In this document: positions 25,048 through 32,000 of the stretch, in pieces | Numbering within the stretch: position 1 is the first letter of the stretch | Layout of the letters: each line of letters starts with the position of its first letter | Source: Micromonas sp. | Lineage: Eukaryota | Reading direction: 5' to 3' | DNA length: 32,000 bases | NCBI GenBank assembly: GCA_000090985.2 | Contig: CP001331.1 | Span: 536,786 to 568,785, forward strand | Position numbers and translations under genes: made by a program | The notes under the pieces: model-generated | What the model was told of the DNA's origin: nothing | Databases searched by the model: none | What the model saw: only the letters and a program-made list of their open reading frames with translations

Positions 25048-25278
25048 CTTCGGTACCGTCGCGTCGAGCGCAGACTTATCGTCTTCCCCGCGCGCGTCCA
25101 GCCGCGATGGCGATGACGATGGCGGAGGTTTCCTCGGCGACGGCGTGGGCTTGGACCGGGCCGGCGCATCGTCTTCCGCGGCGTCGTCGAGCACCCCCTC
25201 GGGCAACAGGCCCTCTGGAAGGTCCCCGAGGTCGTCATCGTCCCCGTCGCGCGGCGCACCGGCAGCCGAGGAGGTCAT
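25048..25278 (-). CDS. Possible upstream coding exon or independent acidic/Pro-rich ORF (MTSSAAGAPRDGDDDDLGDLPEGLL...ATVPK); status unresolved
   Basis: True ATG at 25278 and G/C-rich third positions. AAG|GTGAGC donor-like site at 25048/25047. The frame has no stop until 24199, so it cannot be an independent unspliced gene without overlapping the KH coding sequence. Confidence 0.25.
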
Positions 25279-25389
25279 GCCGGCCGGCGGTCAGAGCTCC
25301 GGGAATAAATTGACGGTCTCCCCCTTTTTTTTCCCTTTCCGCTCGGGGGGGTGGGGAGGGTGCCGAGCCGCGACGCGAGTCAGCGACCC

Positions 25390-25433
25390 TCGACCCGGCG
25401 CGACGCCGCGCCGGGTCGACGCGTGACACGCGT
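25390..25433. repeat. Two adjacent GC-rich perfect hairpins (13-bp stem with 4-nt loop; 7-bp stem with 3-nt loop)
   Basis: TCGACCCGGCGCG (25390..25402) pairs with CGCGCCGGGTCGA (25407..25419). GACGCGT-gac-ACGCGTC follows at about 25417..25433. Confidence 0.8.
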
Positions 25434-25778
25434 CCGAGGCTGCGTTCGCGGCTAGCGCCCTCTCTCCTCCGGCGCCGCCTCCCGCGCGCCGCGCTGGACC
25501 AGTGGCCTCGGGGCCGAAAACTCGACGACCGAAAGGAACTTTCTCGCGTTTGGCGGTGTGGAAAAGAACTACTTTCGGCGGGTTGGAATATTATTAAATC
25601 TGTCCTGGGTGCGGGCCCATAGGATTTTTTTAATGAGAGTTTGGTCGGGGCCGAAAAGCGGGCCCTGATGACGGGCACCCCGACCCAAACCGGCGGGGCC
25701 CAAACCGGGACGCCGACGGTTCGTCTCTCTCATATATCCCCGTGGGGCTGATGACACTCGGCGCTACTTTTGGCACAC

Positions 25779-26810
25779 ATGTCGACGCGCGGCGACCGTT
25801 CGCGTCCCGCGCCCGACCGCGCGGGCGACGCCGACGCGGCGAAGACCTCGCGCCGACCGCGGCGAGACACCGGCTACGTCGGCGAATCCCCCGCGGACGA
25901 CGACGAGGTCGGAAGGTCGATTCCCCGCGGCGACGCGGCGGTCGAGGACGTCACCGTCGCCATGCGCCATTTACGGACGGTGGAGGAGGCGGAGGAGGCG
26001 ACGGCGGAGGAGGAGGACCGCGGCGCGCACGCCGACGACGAGCGCGACGATGACGACGCGATGGCGACGGCCCGTCCCGAGCCGCGCGGCGAATGGACGA
26101 CGAAGCCGGCGACGGAGACGAGCTGGCGGGGCGACGGCCGAGTCGCGGCGTGGCTAGCCGAGCGCGAGCGCAAGGCGAACAAGCGCGCGCTCGGCCCGCT
26201 CCGACGCGCGCGCAAGGAGCTCGAGTGGATCACGCGCCGGCGCAGCGCGCAGATCGCGAATTACAGGCGAGACCGCAAGATCGAGATCGAGGAGCAGCGC
26301 GAGGCCATGGCGCAGGCCAAGGTGGCGTCGTACGGCGCCGCGGCCAAGGACGGGGCGGACGTTGTAACGACGAACGACCGCGTCGGCGTCATTGAGGACG
26401 CGGCGGCCGTCATCGAGCGCTCGCGCGCGATCGCCCGCCTGCCCGCGCGCGTCAGCGTCCCGCGGTTCAACGCCGCCGGCGGTGCGCGGCGCACCACGAG
26501 AGGCGGCCGGAAGAAGAAGACCTCCGCCGCGCTCCCGTGGGTCACCGCGCCCGCGCGAGCGAACCGGCGCTCGAGAACCGACGGCTCGCAAAGGGTTGAA
26601 CACGCCCCCCACGGCGCGAGGTTCGTCAACCAGCGAAGCGTCTGGGTCGCGCCTGGGGTGTTCGTGCAGATGGCGCGCGACGACACGAAGGTTCCAAGGG
26701 ACGCCGCGAGGCGCAACGCGGCGGTGTTCGGGGGCGCGCCCTACGACGCGAGGGAAGAAGAGGCGGCGCGGAGGAGGCGAGCCTCCGACGTTCCAGAGTT
26801 TTTCGAGTGA
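25779..26810 (+). CDS. Hypothetical protein (acidic N-terminus, basic/coiled middle)
   Basis: The track start at 25770 is TTG; the ATG is at 25779 (MSTRGDRSRP...). Very strong GC3 bias in this frame. The overlapping ORFs are Arg/Ser/Pro-rich, which is typical of off-frame translation. No family recognised. Confidence 0.55.
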   Translation: MSTRGDRSRPAPDRAGDADAAKTSRRPRRDTGYVGESPADDDEVGRSIPRGDAAVEDVTVAMRHLRTVEEAEEATAEEEDRGAHADDERDDDDAMATARPEPRGEWTTKPATETSWRGDGRVAAWLAERERKANKRALGPLRRARKELEWITRRRSAQIANYRRDRKIEIEEQREAMAQAKVASYGAAAKDGADVVTTNDRVGVIEDAAAVIERSRAIARLPARVSVPRFNAAGGARRTTRGGRKKKTSAALPWVTAPARANRRSRTDGSQRVEHAPHGARFVNQRSVWVAPGVFVQMARDDTKVPRDAARRNAAVFGGAPYDAREEEAARRRRASDVPEFFE

Positions 26811-26900
26811 GGGCATCTGTTTGGGCATCTGTAGTCGACTATGCATGCGCGAACGACGCCGCCGCCCATGCGATGATACGTATAATACGAGCGATTAACG

Positions 26901-27956
26901 TCAAGGTTCGAACCACGCGCGTCGTACCAAGCCGGGTAACGCGCGAAGCTTCTCCCAGCTCGTCGTGTACGCGCGCTTGGTGTGGTTATCGTACCCGTTG
27001 TCTCTCACCTTTTGGAGCAGCGCGCCGTAAACCTCGGCGGCGGCGAGCACGGGAAGCCGCGCCGCCGGCGCCAACATCCGAACCCCGCCCGCCGCGCGTG
27101 CAAAGTGCGCCTCCGCCCTGCGAATCTCGCTCTCGATCAGAGCTTCGTACCGCTCGTCCAGGACGCCGTCGAGGATCTCTCGCGGTGTCAAACCGTGTTT
27201 CGCGATCGCGTCTAAAGGCAGGTACAGCCGCCCCCGCCTGGCGTCTTCGCCCACGTCCCTCAAGATGTTCGTCAGCTGCAGCGCGATCCCGAGTTCGATT
27301 CCGGGCGTGGACGCCTGCTCCATCGTGTACCCCCGCGCGGTGCCCATGACCGGGAGCGTCATTAAACCCACCGTCCCGGCGACCCGGTAGCAGTACGCGC
27401 GCAGCGCCGGCCAATCGTCGAACATCACCGAGGGCAGACCGGTGTTCACGTCGAGGGTCACGGCGAGGTCCGAGCGCATGCCCGCGATCATGTCCAGGAA
27501 CGGCCCCGCCTCGAGGCCCGGCGTGCGTCGGATCGTGTCCGCGAGCGCGATGGTCTCCGGCGCCGATGAGGGCGCGACGACGGGGCCGCCGCCCCGGTCG
27601 TCGTCGTCGAACATGGCGCGCAGGTCCGCCTCGATGGCGCTGAGCTTCCGGTCCGCCTCCTCCCTCGGGGCCTTCAGCGCTTCCACGCCGTCCACGGTCT
27701 CGTCCAGCTCTCTGCACCACGCGTAGATGGCCTGCACGCTCCGCCGCTGCGTCGGGCGCATGAGCAGCGTCGCGAAATGGAACGTGGCGGAGCTCGCTCG
27801 CGTGCTCGCCTCGCACGCCGTGTACGCGGCTTCGACAGCCTCGGGCGTCGGACCCGCCTCGGCGACGGCGGCGACGCGACGCGGCGCGCGACGACCGCGG
27901 GCGGGCGGCGCGCCGTGTCCCAAACCCGCGATGGATCGTGCGTACGCCGCGCTCAT
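26901..27956 (-). CDS. PSY: Phytoene synthase with a transit-peptide-like N-terminus
   Basis: The track start at 28013 is TTG; the ATG is at 27956 (MSAAYARSIAGLG...). Motifs: YAWCRELDETVDG, YCYRVAGTVGLM and LGIALQLTNILRDVGEDARRGRLYLPLD are the squalene/phytoene synthase signature blocks. Confidence 0.93.
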   Translation of the reverse strand: MSAAYARSIAGLGHGAPPARGRRAPRRVAAVAEAGPTPEAVEAAYTACEASTRASSATFHFATLLMRPTQRRSVQAIYAWCRELDETVDGVEALKAPREEADRKLSAIEADLRAMFDDDDRGGGPVVAPSSAPETIALADTIRRTPGLEAGPFLDMIAGMRSDLAVTLDVNTGLPSVMFDDWPALRAYCYRVAGTVGLMTLPVMGTARGYTMEQASTPGIELGIALQLTNILRDVGEDARRGRLYLPLDAIAKHGLTPREILDGVLDERYEALIESEIRRAEAHFARAAGGVRMLAPAARLPVLAAAEVYGALLQKVRDNGYDNHTKRAYTTSWEKLRALPGLVRRAWFEP

Positions 27957-28083
27957 CGGGTCCGAGCGTCCCCGCGGAAATCGCGAGGATAACAGAAAAA
28001 GTGCCCACAGCAAGCGCGCGTCGACGCCTTTACGACAAATTCAGGCACCCCCCGCACCACACCTCGCGGGCGGGCGGGGCCGA

Positions 28084-29064
28084 ATGGACCGGTTCGCGTT
28101 CCTGGCGTGCCAGCCGTATCTGCTCCCCCCGCATCGCACCGACGACGGCGCCGCGCGCGATACCCGCGCGCGTCGCTCCGCGGTCGCCCACGGCCGCGAC
28201 ACAGCTGGCGGACCCACCGACGAATCTCGCGACGCCCCGCGCGGGGTGCATCGATTGGGTGCGTCGTTCGCGTGTTGCGCCAGCTTCCACTTCAGCCAGG
28301 CGGAGCAGTACGCGCCGTCGGTGTCCCCGGACGCGAAAGGGTCCCCGACGGGCGCTTGGGAACGACCGGACATCGTCGGCGCCGCGGCGGACGACGCCCT
28401 GCACCTGGCGTTCGCGCGCACGGATTCCAACCCCGACCAGGCGCAGCTGACGTGCGAGCTCACCGTGCGCGAAGGGAAGGGACACCGGGAAGACGACGAC
28501 GACGACGACGCGCCGGGAGGACGCGTGGACGTTATTCTGGACGGCGCGAGGTTCGAGCTGGACATGCGGCAGTGCAGGGCGGTGGTGGAGGGGTTCCCGC
28601 CCGGGAGCTCGAGCGACGAGGGCAGCGAATGCGGATCGATGAAACGCGACGACGACTGTGCCGACGACTGTAAACCCCCGCCGTACGTCAGCTGCGTCTT
28701 CTCCCACGTCACGCTCAACCTGTACAGGCCGCGCGGAACGACGGGGGGCGCGAAGGAGAGGGACGCCGTGCGCGCGATGCGGCGCGCGCTGGAGCGCGCC
28801 AGGGCCGTCGCGTGGTCAGACGCGGATTCGTCAGACGTTTTTCCGGTCCAAACTAGTAGGCGGTATTCGCGACGGGCGTGTTGGACGACTCCCCCGCAGT
28901 GGCGCGTCGGCGCCGGCATCCTCTGCGACGCGGTGCTCGGGGTGGTGCCCGCGGGGGAGGAAGGGAGCGCGCTGACGGACGCGGCGAGCGCGTTGGCGTA
29001 CGCAGCCGCGCGGGGTCGGGAAGCGACGCGTCGTGACGTAAGTCCAGGAGACGCCGCGATGTGA
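28084..29064 (+). CDS. Hypothetical protein
   Basis: ATG at 28084 (MDRFAFLACQPY...). The upstream part of the track ORF is antisense to PSY. GC3 bias favours this frame over the Ser-rich minus-strand ORF 28041..28919. No family recognised. Confidence 0.45.
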   Translation: MDRFAFLACQPYLLPPHRTDDGAARDTRARRSAVAHGRDTAGGPTDESRDAPRGVHRLGASFACCASFHFSQAEQYAPSVSPDAKGSPTGAWERPDIVGAAADDALHLAFARTDSNPDQAQLTCELTVREGKGHREDDDDDDAPGGRVDVILDGARFELDMRQCRAVVEGFPPGSSSDEGSECGSMKRDDDCADDCKPPPYVSCVFSHVTLNLYRPRGTTGGAKERDAVRAMRRALERARAVAWSDADSSDVFPVQTSRRYSRRACWTTPPQWRVGAGILCDAVLGVVPAGEEGSALTDAASALAYAAARGREATRRDVSPGDAAM

Positions 29065-29149
29065 CGTTAATCTCATCGGGTGACGTGTGAGTGAGTGTTA
29101 TGTTACAGCCCCGCCCGGAGACGGTTGAGCCCACACCCCGCGTGCCTTC

Positions 29150-31315
29150 TCACCGCTCGAAAGGGACGCTGAGCGTCTCGAACACGTCCGCGATGAGCGC
29201 GTGATCCTCTCCGAGCGCCTCTTTCGGCACCCCCGCCGGCAGCCTCGTCTGCGACGGGTCGAACGAAACTTTGGGCAAAACCCGCCACAGCGTGATCAAA
29301 CGCTGCGCGTCGACAAACTCTCCGAGCCCCGGCGCGTGCGCGCACAGCTCGCACATGACGTTCAGAAACGCCGCCCTGTTCAGCACCATCGCGCCGCCCC
29401 CGCCCAGTTTGGCATCCTCGACGGCGCAGAGCCGGCTCAGCTCCTTCGCCGCCGTCGAACCGGAGCGCGCGAGCGCCTGGGTGAGCGCGGTGACCACGGC
29501 GCGGGCGTCCGACCCCGGGAACTCTTTGGGCCGGGCCTCCATGATGGCGAGGGTGGCGTCGTCCGCCGCGTTCAGCCGCATCCACGTCCCTTTGATCTCC
29601 AGGACGGCGCCCACGTGGCAATCTCTCGCCCTGAGGTACACGTTGCTCCCCGAAGTCTTCCTGGCGGGCCTCCGTTCGAGGTACTTCCCGCCGGGGTAGC
29701 CGGAGTTGGCGACGGGGGGCTCGAAGACGGCGAGGGTGTTGTCCTCCAGGAAGAAGGACACGACGAAGGTCCTGGCCTTTTCGTTCTCGGGAACCGGGGG
29801 CTTACCCGGCCCGTCCACGAGCGTACCGGTGAAACGCATCACCTGCCCTTGGTTGATGAGCCACTCGTCGAAGCTCACGTCCTTCTTGGGCACCTTGGGC
29901 ACCAGCCTGTACACGCTGTTGAGCGAGTCCGCCTCGCTCCCGATGCCGGAGACGTTGGGGGGCACGACCATTTTGGGAATCGGCGGCGGCCCCGCGGGGG
30001 GCGGCATCGACGGAAAATCGTCATCCGTCAAGCCGCACTCAGTCGCGTACCAAGCCTTGGTGTGCTCGTCGCAGTCCCTGAGCGTCAGCACCAACCCAAA
30101 CACCACCACGTCTTCACCCACGCGAAAGTCCCTCCAGTGGTAAAACCCGTCGGGCTCGCGCCGCCTCGCTCGCAGCGTCTCGTCGCTCGCGGGCCTGATG
30201 CCCACGCCGTACCGGTAGCCGCCGCCGGCGAGCGTCGCCCTCGGCAGCTTCTGACGCTTGAGAAACTTGCCGTACGGCTCGCGGCCCGCGTTCCCGGGCA
30301 TCACCTCCAGCACCTCCACGGTATCGTCCGCCAGGTAGTAGTGCACCACGAAGTTGCGCGTCGAGCCCACGAGCCTCGCGTCGTCGCCGCCGGCGGGAAC
30401 TTCGCACGTTCCGAAGAAGCGCAGCACTCGGCGGTCGTACGCTAGAAACTGCCGACCCGCGGCTTCCTTGAGCCCCGCGATCGCGCTGGGGGGCGCGGGG
30501 CGGACGCCGGTGGATCCGCGGGCGTCGTCACCGCCGGTTGGAACCTCGACGGCGACGCCGTCGGAGTTGAACCGCACGGACACGCCGCCGACGGATGATG
30601 CGTCGGGCAGCCTCGGGGGCGCTCCAAACGCGGCGGGCATCACGCTCGGCGCGGACTTGAACTGGCCCTTCGGCGGCTCCGGGTCGCGCTCGTGCGGGAA
30701 CGGGATCTCCGGCGGCACGTGCACGCCCTCCTTGGCGAGGAACGCTCGGGTGAATTCGTCGCAGCCGAGGACGTTGTAGGTGCGCGAGAAGATGGCGATG
30801 GGCTCGCCCACTCTGATGTCTCTGAAGGACATGCGCTCGCCGTTGGCGTTGTCGCATGGCATGCGATGGAGGAGCGGGCCCTGGACGATGCCGCTGTTGA
30901 CCTCTCTGGGCTCGCGGACGTCCACGGTGCCGTCCTCCAGGTGGTAGGTGATGAAGCACTTGCGCACGCGCGGCAAACCCGTGCGCTTGGTGGTCTCGAG
31001 ATCCTCGAAGTACCCGCGCCACTGCAGCTTCACGCCGTCGTACGCCAGCCACGAGGGTTTGCGCGTGGGCACCGCCGCCGGGGCGTTGGACGCGGTGGAC
31101 GGGCGATTCGTGCCCCACCGCGGGTCGTGCTTGTCCCACGGCGCGGTCGGGCCGGGCGGCGCGGTCGCGCGATTGGTCACCGTTTGGAACGGGATGCCGT
31201 TGCGGAACTGCAGCGTCTGGGGCACCCCGCGGGGCCTCGGCGCGCCCTCGCCGTTGCCGGCGTAGACGGGCACGTCGACGGACCGCATCCACTCGTCGGT
31301 GTTAAGGAGGCTCAT
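29150..31315 (-). CDS. RIB72: Rib72 / EFHC1-like flagellar protofilament-ribbon protein with three DM10 domains
   Basis: The track start at 31417 is TTG; the ATG is at 31315 (MSLLNTDEW...). DM10 blocks: FITYHLEDGTVDVREPREVNSGIVQGPLL, VLRFFG...FVVHYYLADDTVEVLEVMPGNAGREPYGKFLKRQKLP, and VMRFTG...FVVSFFLEDNTLAVFEPPVANSGYPGGKYLERR. Confidence 0.88.
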   Translation of the reverse strand: MSLLNTDEWMRSVDVPVYAGNGEGAPRPRGVPQTLQFRNGIPFQTVTNRATAPPGPTAPWDKHDPRWGTNRPSTASNAPAAVPTRKPSWLAYDGVKLQWRGYFEDLETTKRTGLPRVRKCFITYHLEDGTVDVREPREVNSGIVQGPLLHRMPCDNANGERMSFRDIRVGEPIAIFSRTYNVLGCDEFTRAFLAKEGVHVPPEIPFPHERDPEPPKGQFKSAPSVMPAAFGAPPRLPDASSVGGVSVRFNSDGVAVEVPTGGDDARGSTGVRPAPPSAIAGLKEAAGRQFLAYDRRVLRFFGTCEVPAGGDDARLVGSTRNFVVHYYLADDTVEVLEVMPGNAGREPYGKFLKRQKLPRATLAGGGYRYGVGIRPASDETLRARRREPDGFYHWRDFRVGEDVVVFGLVLTLRDCDEHTKAWYATECGLTDDDFPSMPPPAGPPPIPKMVVPPNVSGIGSEADSLNSVYRLVPKVPKKDVSFDEWLINQGQVMRFTGTLVDGPGKPPVPENEKARTFVVSFFLEDNTLAVFEPPVANSGYPGGKYLERRPARKTSGSNVYLRARDCHVGAVLEIKGTWMRLNAADDATLAIMEARPKEFPGSDARAVVTALTQALARSGSTAAKELSRLCAVEDAKLGGGGAMVLNRAAFLNVMCELCAHAPGLGEFVDAQRLITLWRVLPKVSFDPSQTRLPAGVPKEALGEDHALIADVFETLSVPFER

Positions 31316-31530
31316 CGCCGCCGAAGACGGTGGGTGTCCGTCCGCGGGGGAACGAGCTCGCTCGCGAGTGACGACACGGCGGTCAACATCACATCTCAAC
31401 GGTCGGGTCCGGTCCAAAGCTGACCTGCTGACCTGCTGACTGTGCCCTACCTGCCAAAAGCTGGCCGAGTCGAAAACCCAGCGTCAGTGGAGTGCCCTCC
31501 TGGCAGGCCCCGGGGACGCCCACGCCCACG

Positions 31531-32000
31531 ATGGCGCCGAAACGAGGCAAGACGTCTCCCACGGTGAAGGATGAGGTCATGGAGGACGTCAAACCCGAGC
31601 TGGAGGTGCGCCGCGGACAGATCTCCCACCCGAGAACCCATCCCGCACGATCCGGTGCATCCCCCGCCCCATCCCCCAACCCCCATCCCCCGACCCGCGC
31701 TGACCCGTCCTCGCGCCGCCCGCGAACCCCCTCACCCGCAGGACATCGTCATGGCCCCGCCGCCCGGCAGCGAGCACCTCGGCCAGGCCCTCGACGACTT
31801 CCTCCGCTCGAGGAAGGCGCCCAACAGCCGGCGGATCCTTCACAGGCTGCTCGGCATCCTCCACCCGAACAACCTGCGCGCGGCCGCGCACGAGCTGCGG
31901 TACAACAAGCCGCAGTGGTCCGACGATAACACCACACCGGCGCAGTATCGCGCGCACTGGCGCGTGCAGGCGTCCAAGATCGTCGGGTGCAAAGAAGACG
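31531..32000 (+). CDS. Hypothetical protein, 5' part (exon 1 at 31531..31605, exon 2 from 31742, running off the window)
   Basis: MAPKRGKTSPTVKDEVMEDVKPELE joins to DIVMAPPPGSEHLGQALDDFLRSRKAPNSRRILHRLLGILHPNNLRAAAHELRYNKPQW... in phase 0. Exon 2 is GC3-rich and open to nt 32000. No family recognised. Confidence 0.5.
31606..31741 (+). other. Probable spliceosomal intron (136 nt)
   Basis: Donor GAG|GTGCGCC, a C-rich body, CTGAC at 31700..31704 (37 nt before the 3' end), acceptor CACCCGCAG|G. Confidence 0.6.

Noticed and set aside
25665-25754. Two CTGATGA boxes 83 nt apart (25665..25671 and 25748..25754), resembling the C box and D box of a C/D snoRNA
   Set aside because: The flanks show no terminal stem complementarity and I could not identify an rRNA-complementary guide. 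The region lies in a promoter spacer rather than an intron. The second box overlaps the start of the upstream extension of the next gene's ORF.
31419-31442. A short GCTGACCT GCTGACCT GCTGAC tandem repeat in the Rib72 / last-gene divergent spacer
   Set aside because: It has only about three short units and is plausibly replication slippage. There is no basis for assigning it a function from this window alone.
1-32000. Prokaryote-style features: CRISPR arrays, operons, defence or toxin-antitoxin islands, insertion-sequence elements
   Set aside because: The gene content (LSm3, RTF1, ELP4, HECT, EFHC1/Rib72), the spliceosomal introns and the monocistronic alternating layout show this is eukaryotic nuclear DNA. 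I saw no regularly spaced repeat-spacer array and no transposase- or integrase-like ORF.

Overview
This window looks like nuclear DNA from a very GC-rich, gene-dense, intron-poor eukaryote, not a prokaryote. I call about 22 protein-coding genes (two run off the window ends), one tRNA-Gly(GCC) and four short spliceosomal introns. Three kinds of gene suggest the source. There are plant-type plastid-pathway enzymes with N-terminal extensions (phytoene synthase, APS reductase with a thioredoxin tail, uroporphyrinogen-III methyltransferase). There are flagellar proteins (Rib72/EFHC1 with three DM10 domains, and a SHIPPO PGPGxY-repeat protein). There are core eukaryotic factors (LSm3, RTF1, ELP4, THUMPD1, a HECT ligase, SEC14). 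Together with strong GC3 bias, this points to a flagellated prasinophyte green alga of the Micromonas/Mamiellophyceae type; that is an inference, and the species cannot be confirmed from the sequence alone. I see no CRISPR array, no prokaryote-style operon or defence island, and no intact transposon. The points most worth a second look are: (1) fifteen consecutive genes that strictly alternate strand, forming seven head-to-head pairs; (2) a short-chain dehydrogenase whose only usable ATG is separated from its Rossmann motif by an in-frame TGA; (3) a 1.2 kb lower-GC spacer around the tRNA, holding a CCGCGG-rich minisatellite and a 240-nt-period direct repeat that encloses a tandem repeat and a 21-bp perfect inverted repeat; (4) a 160-nt composite hairpin between two convergent genes; (5) an unresolved 5' structure for the KH-domain gene. 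Most long off-frame or antisense ORFs in the track are GC-composition artefacts.
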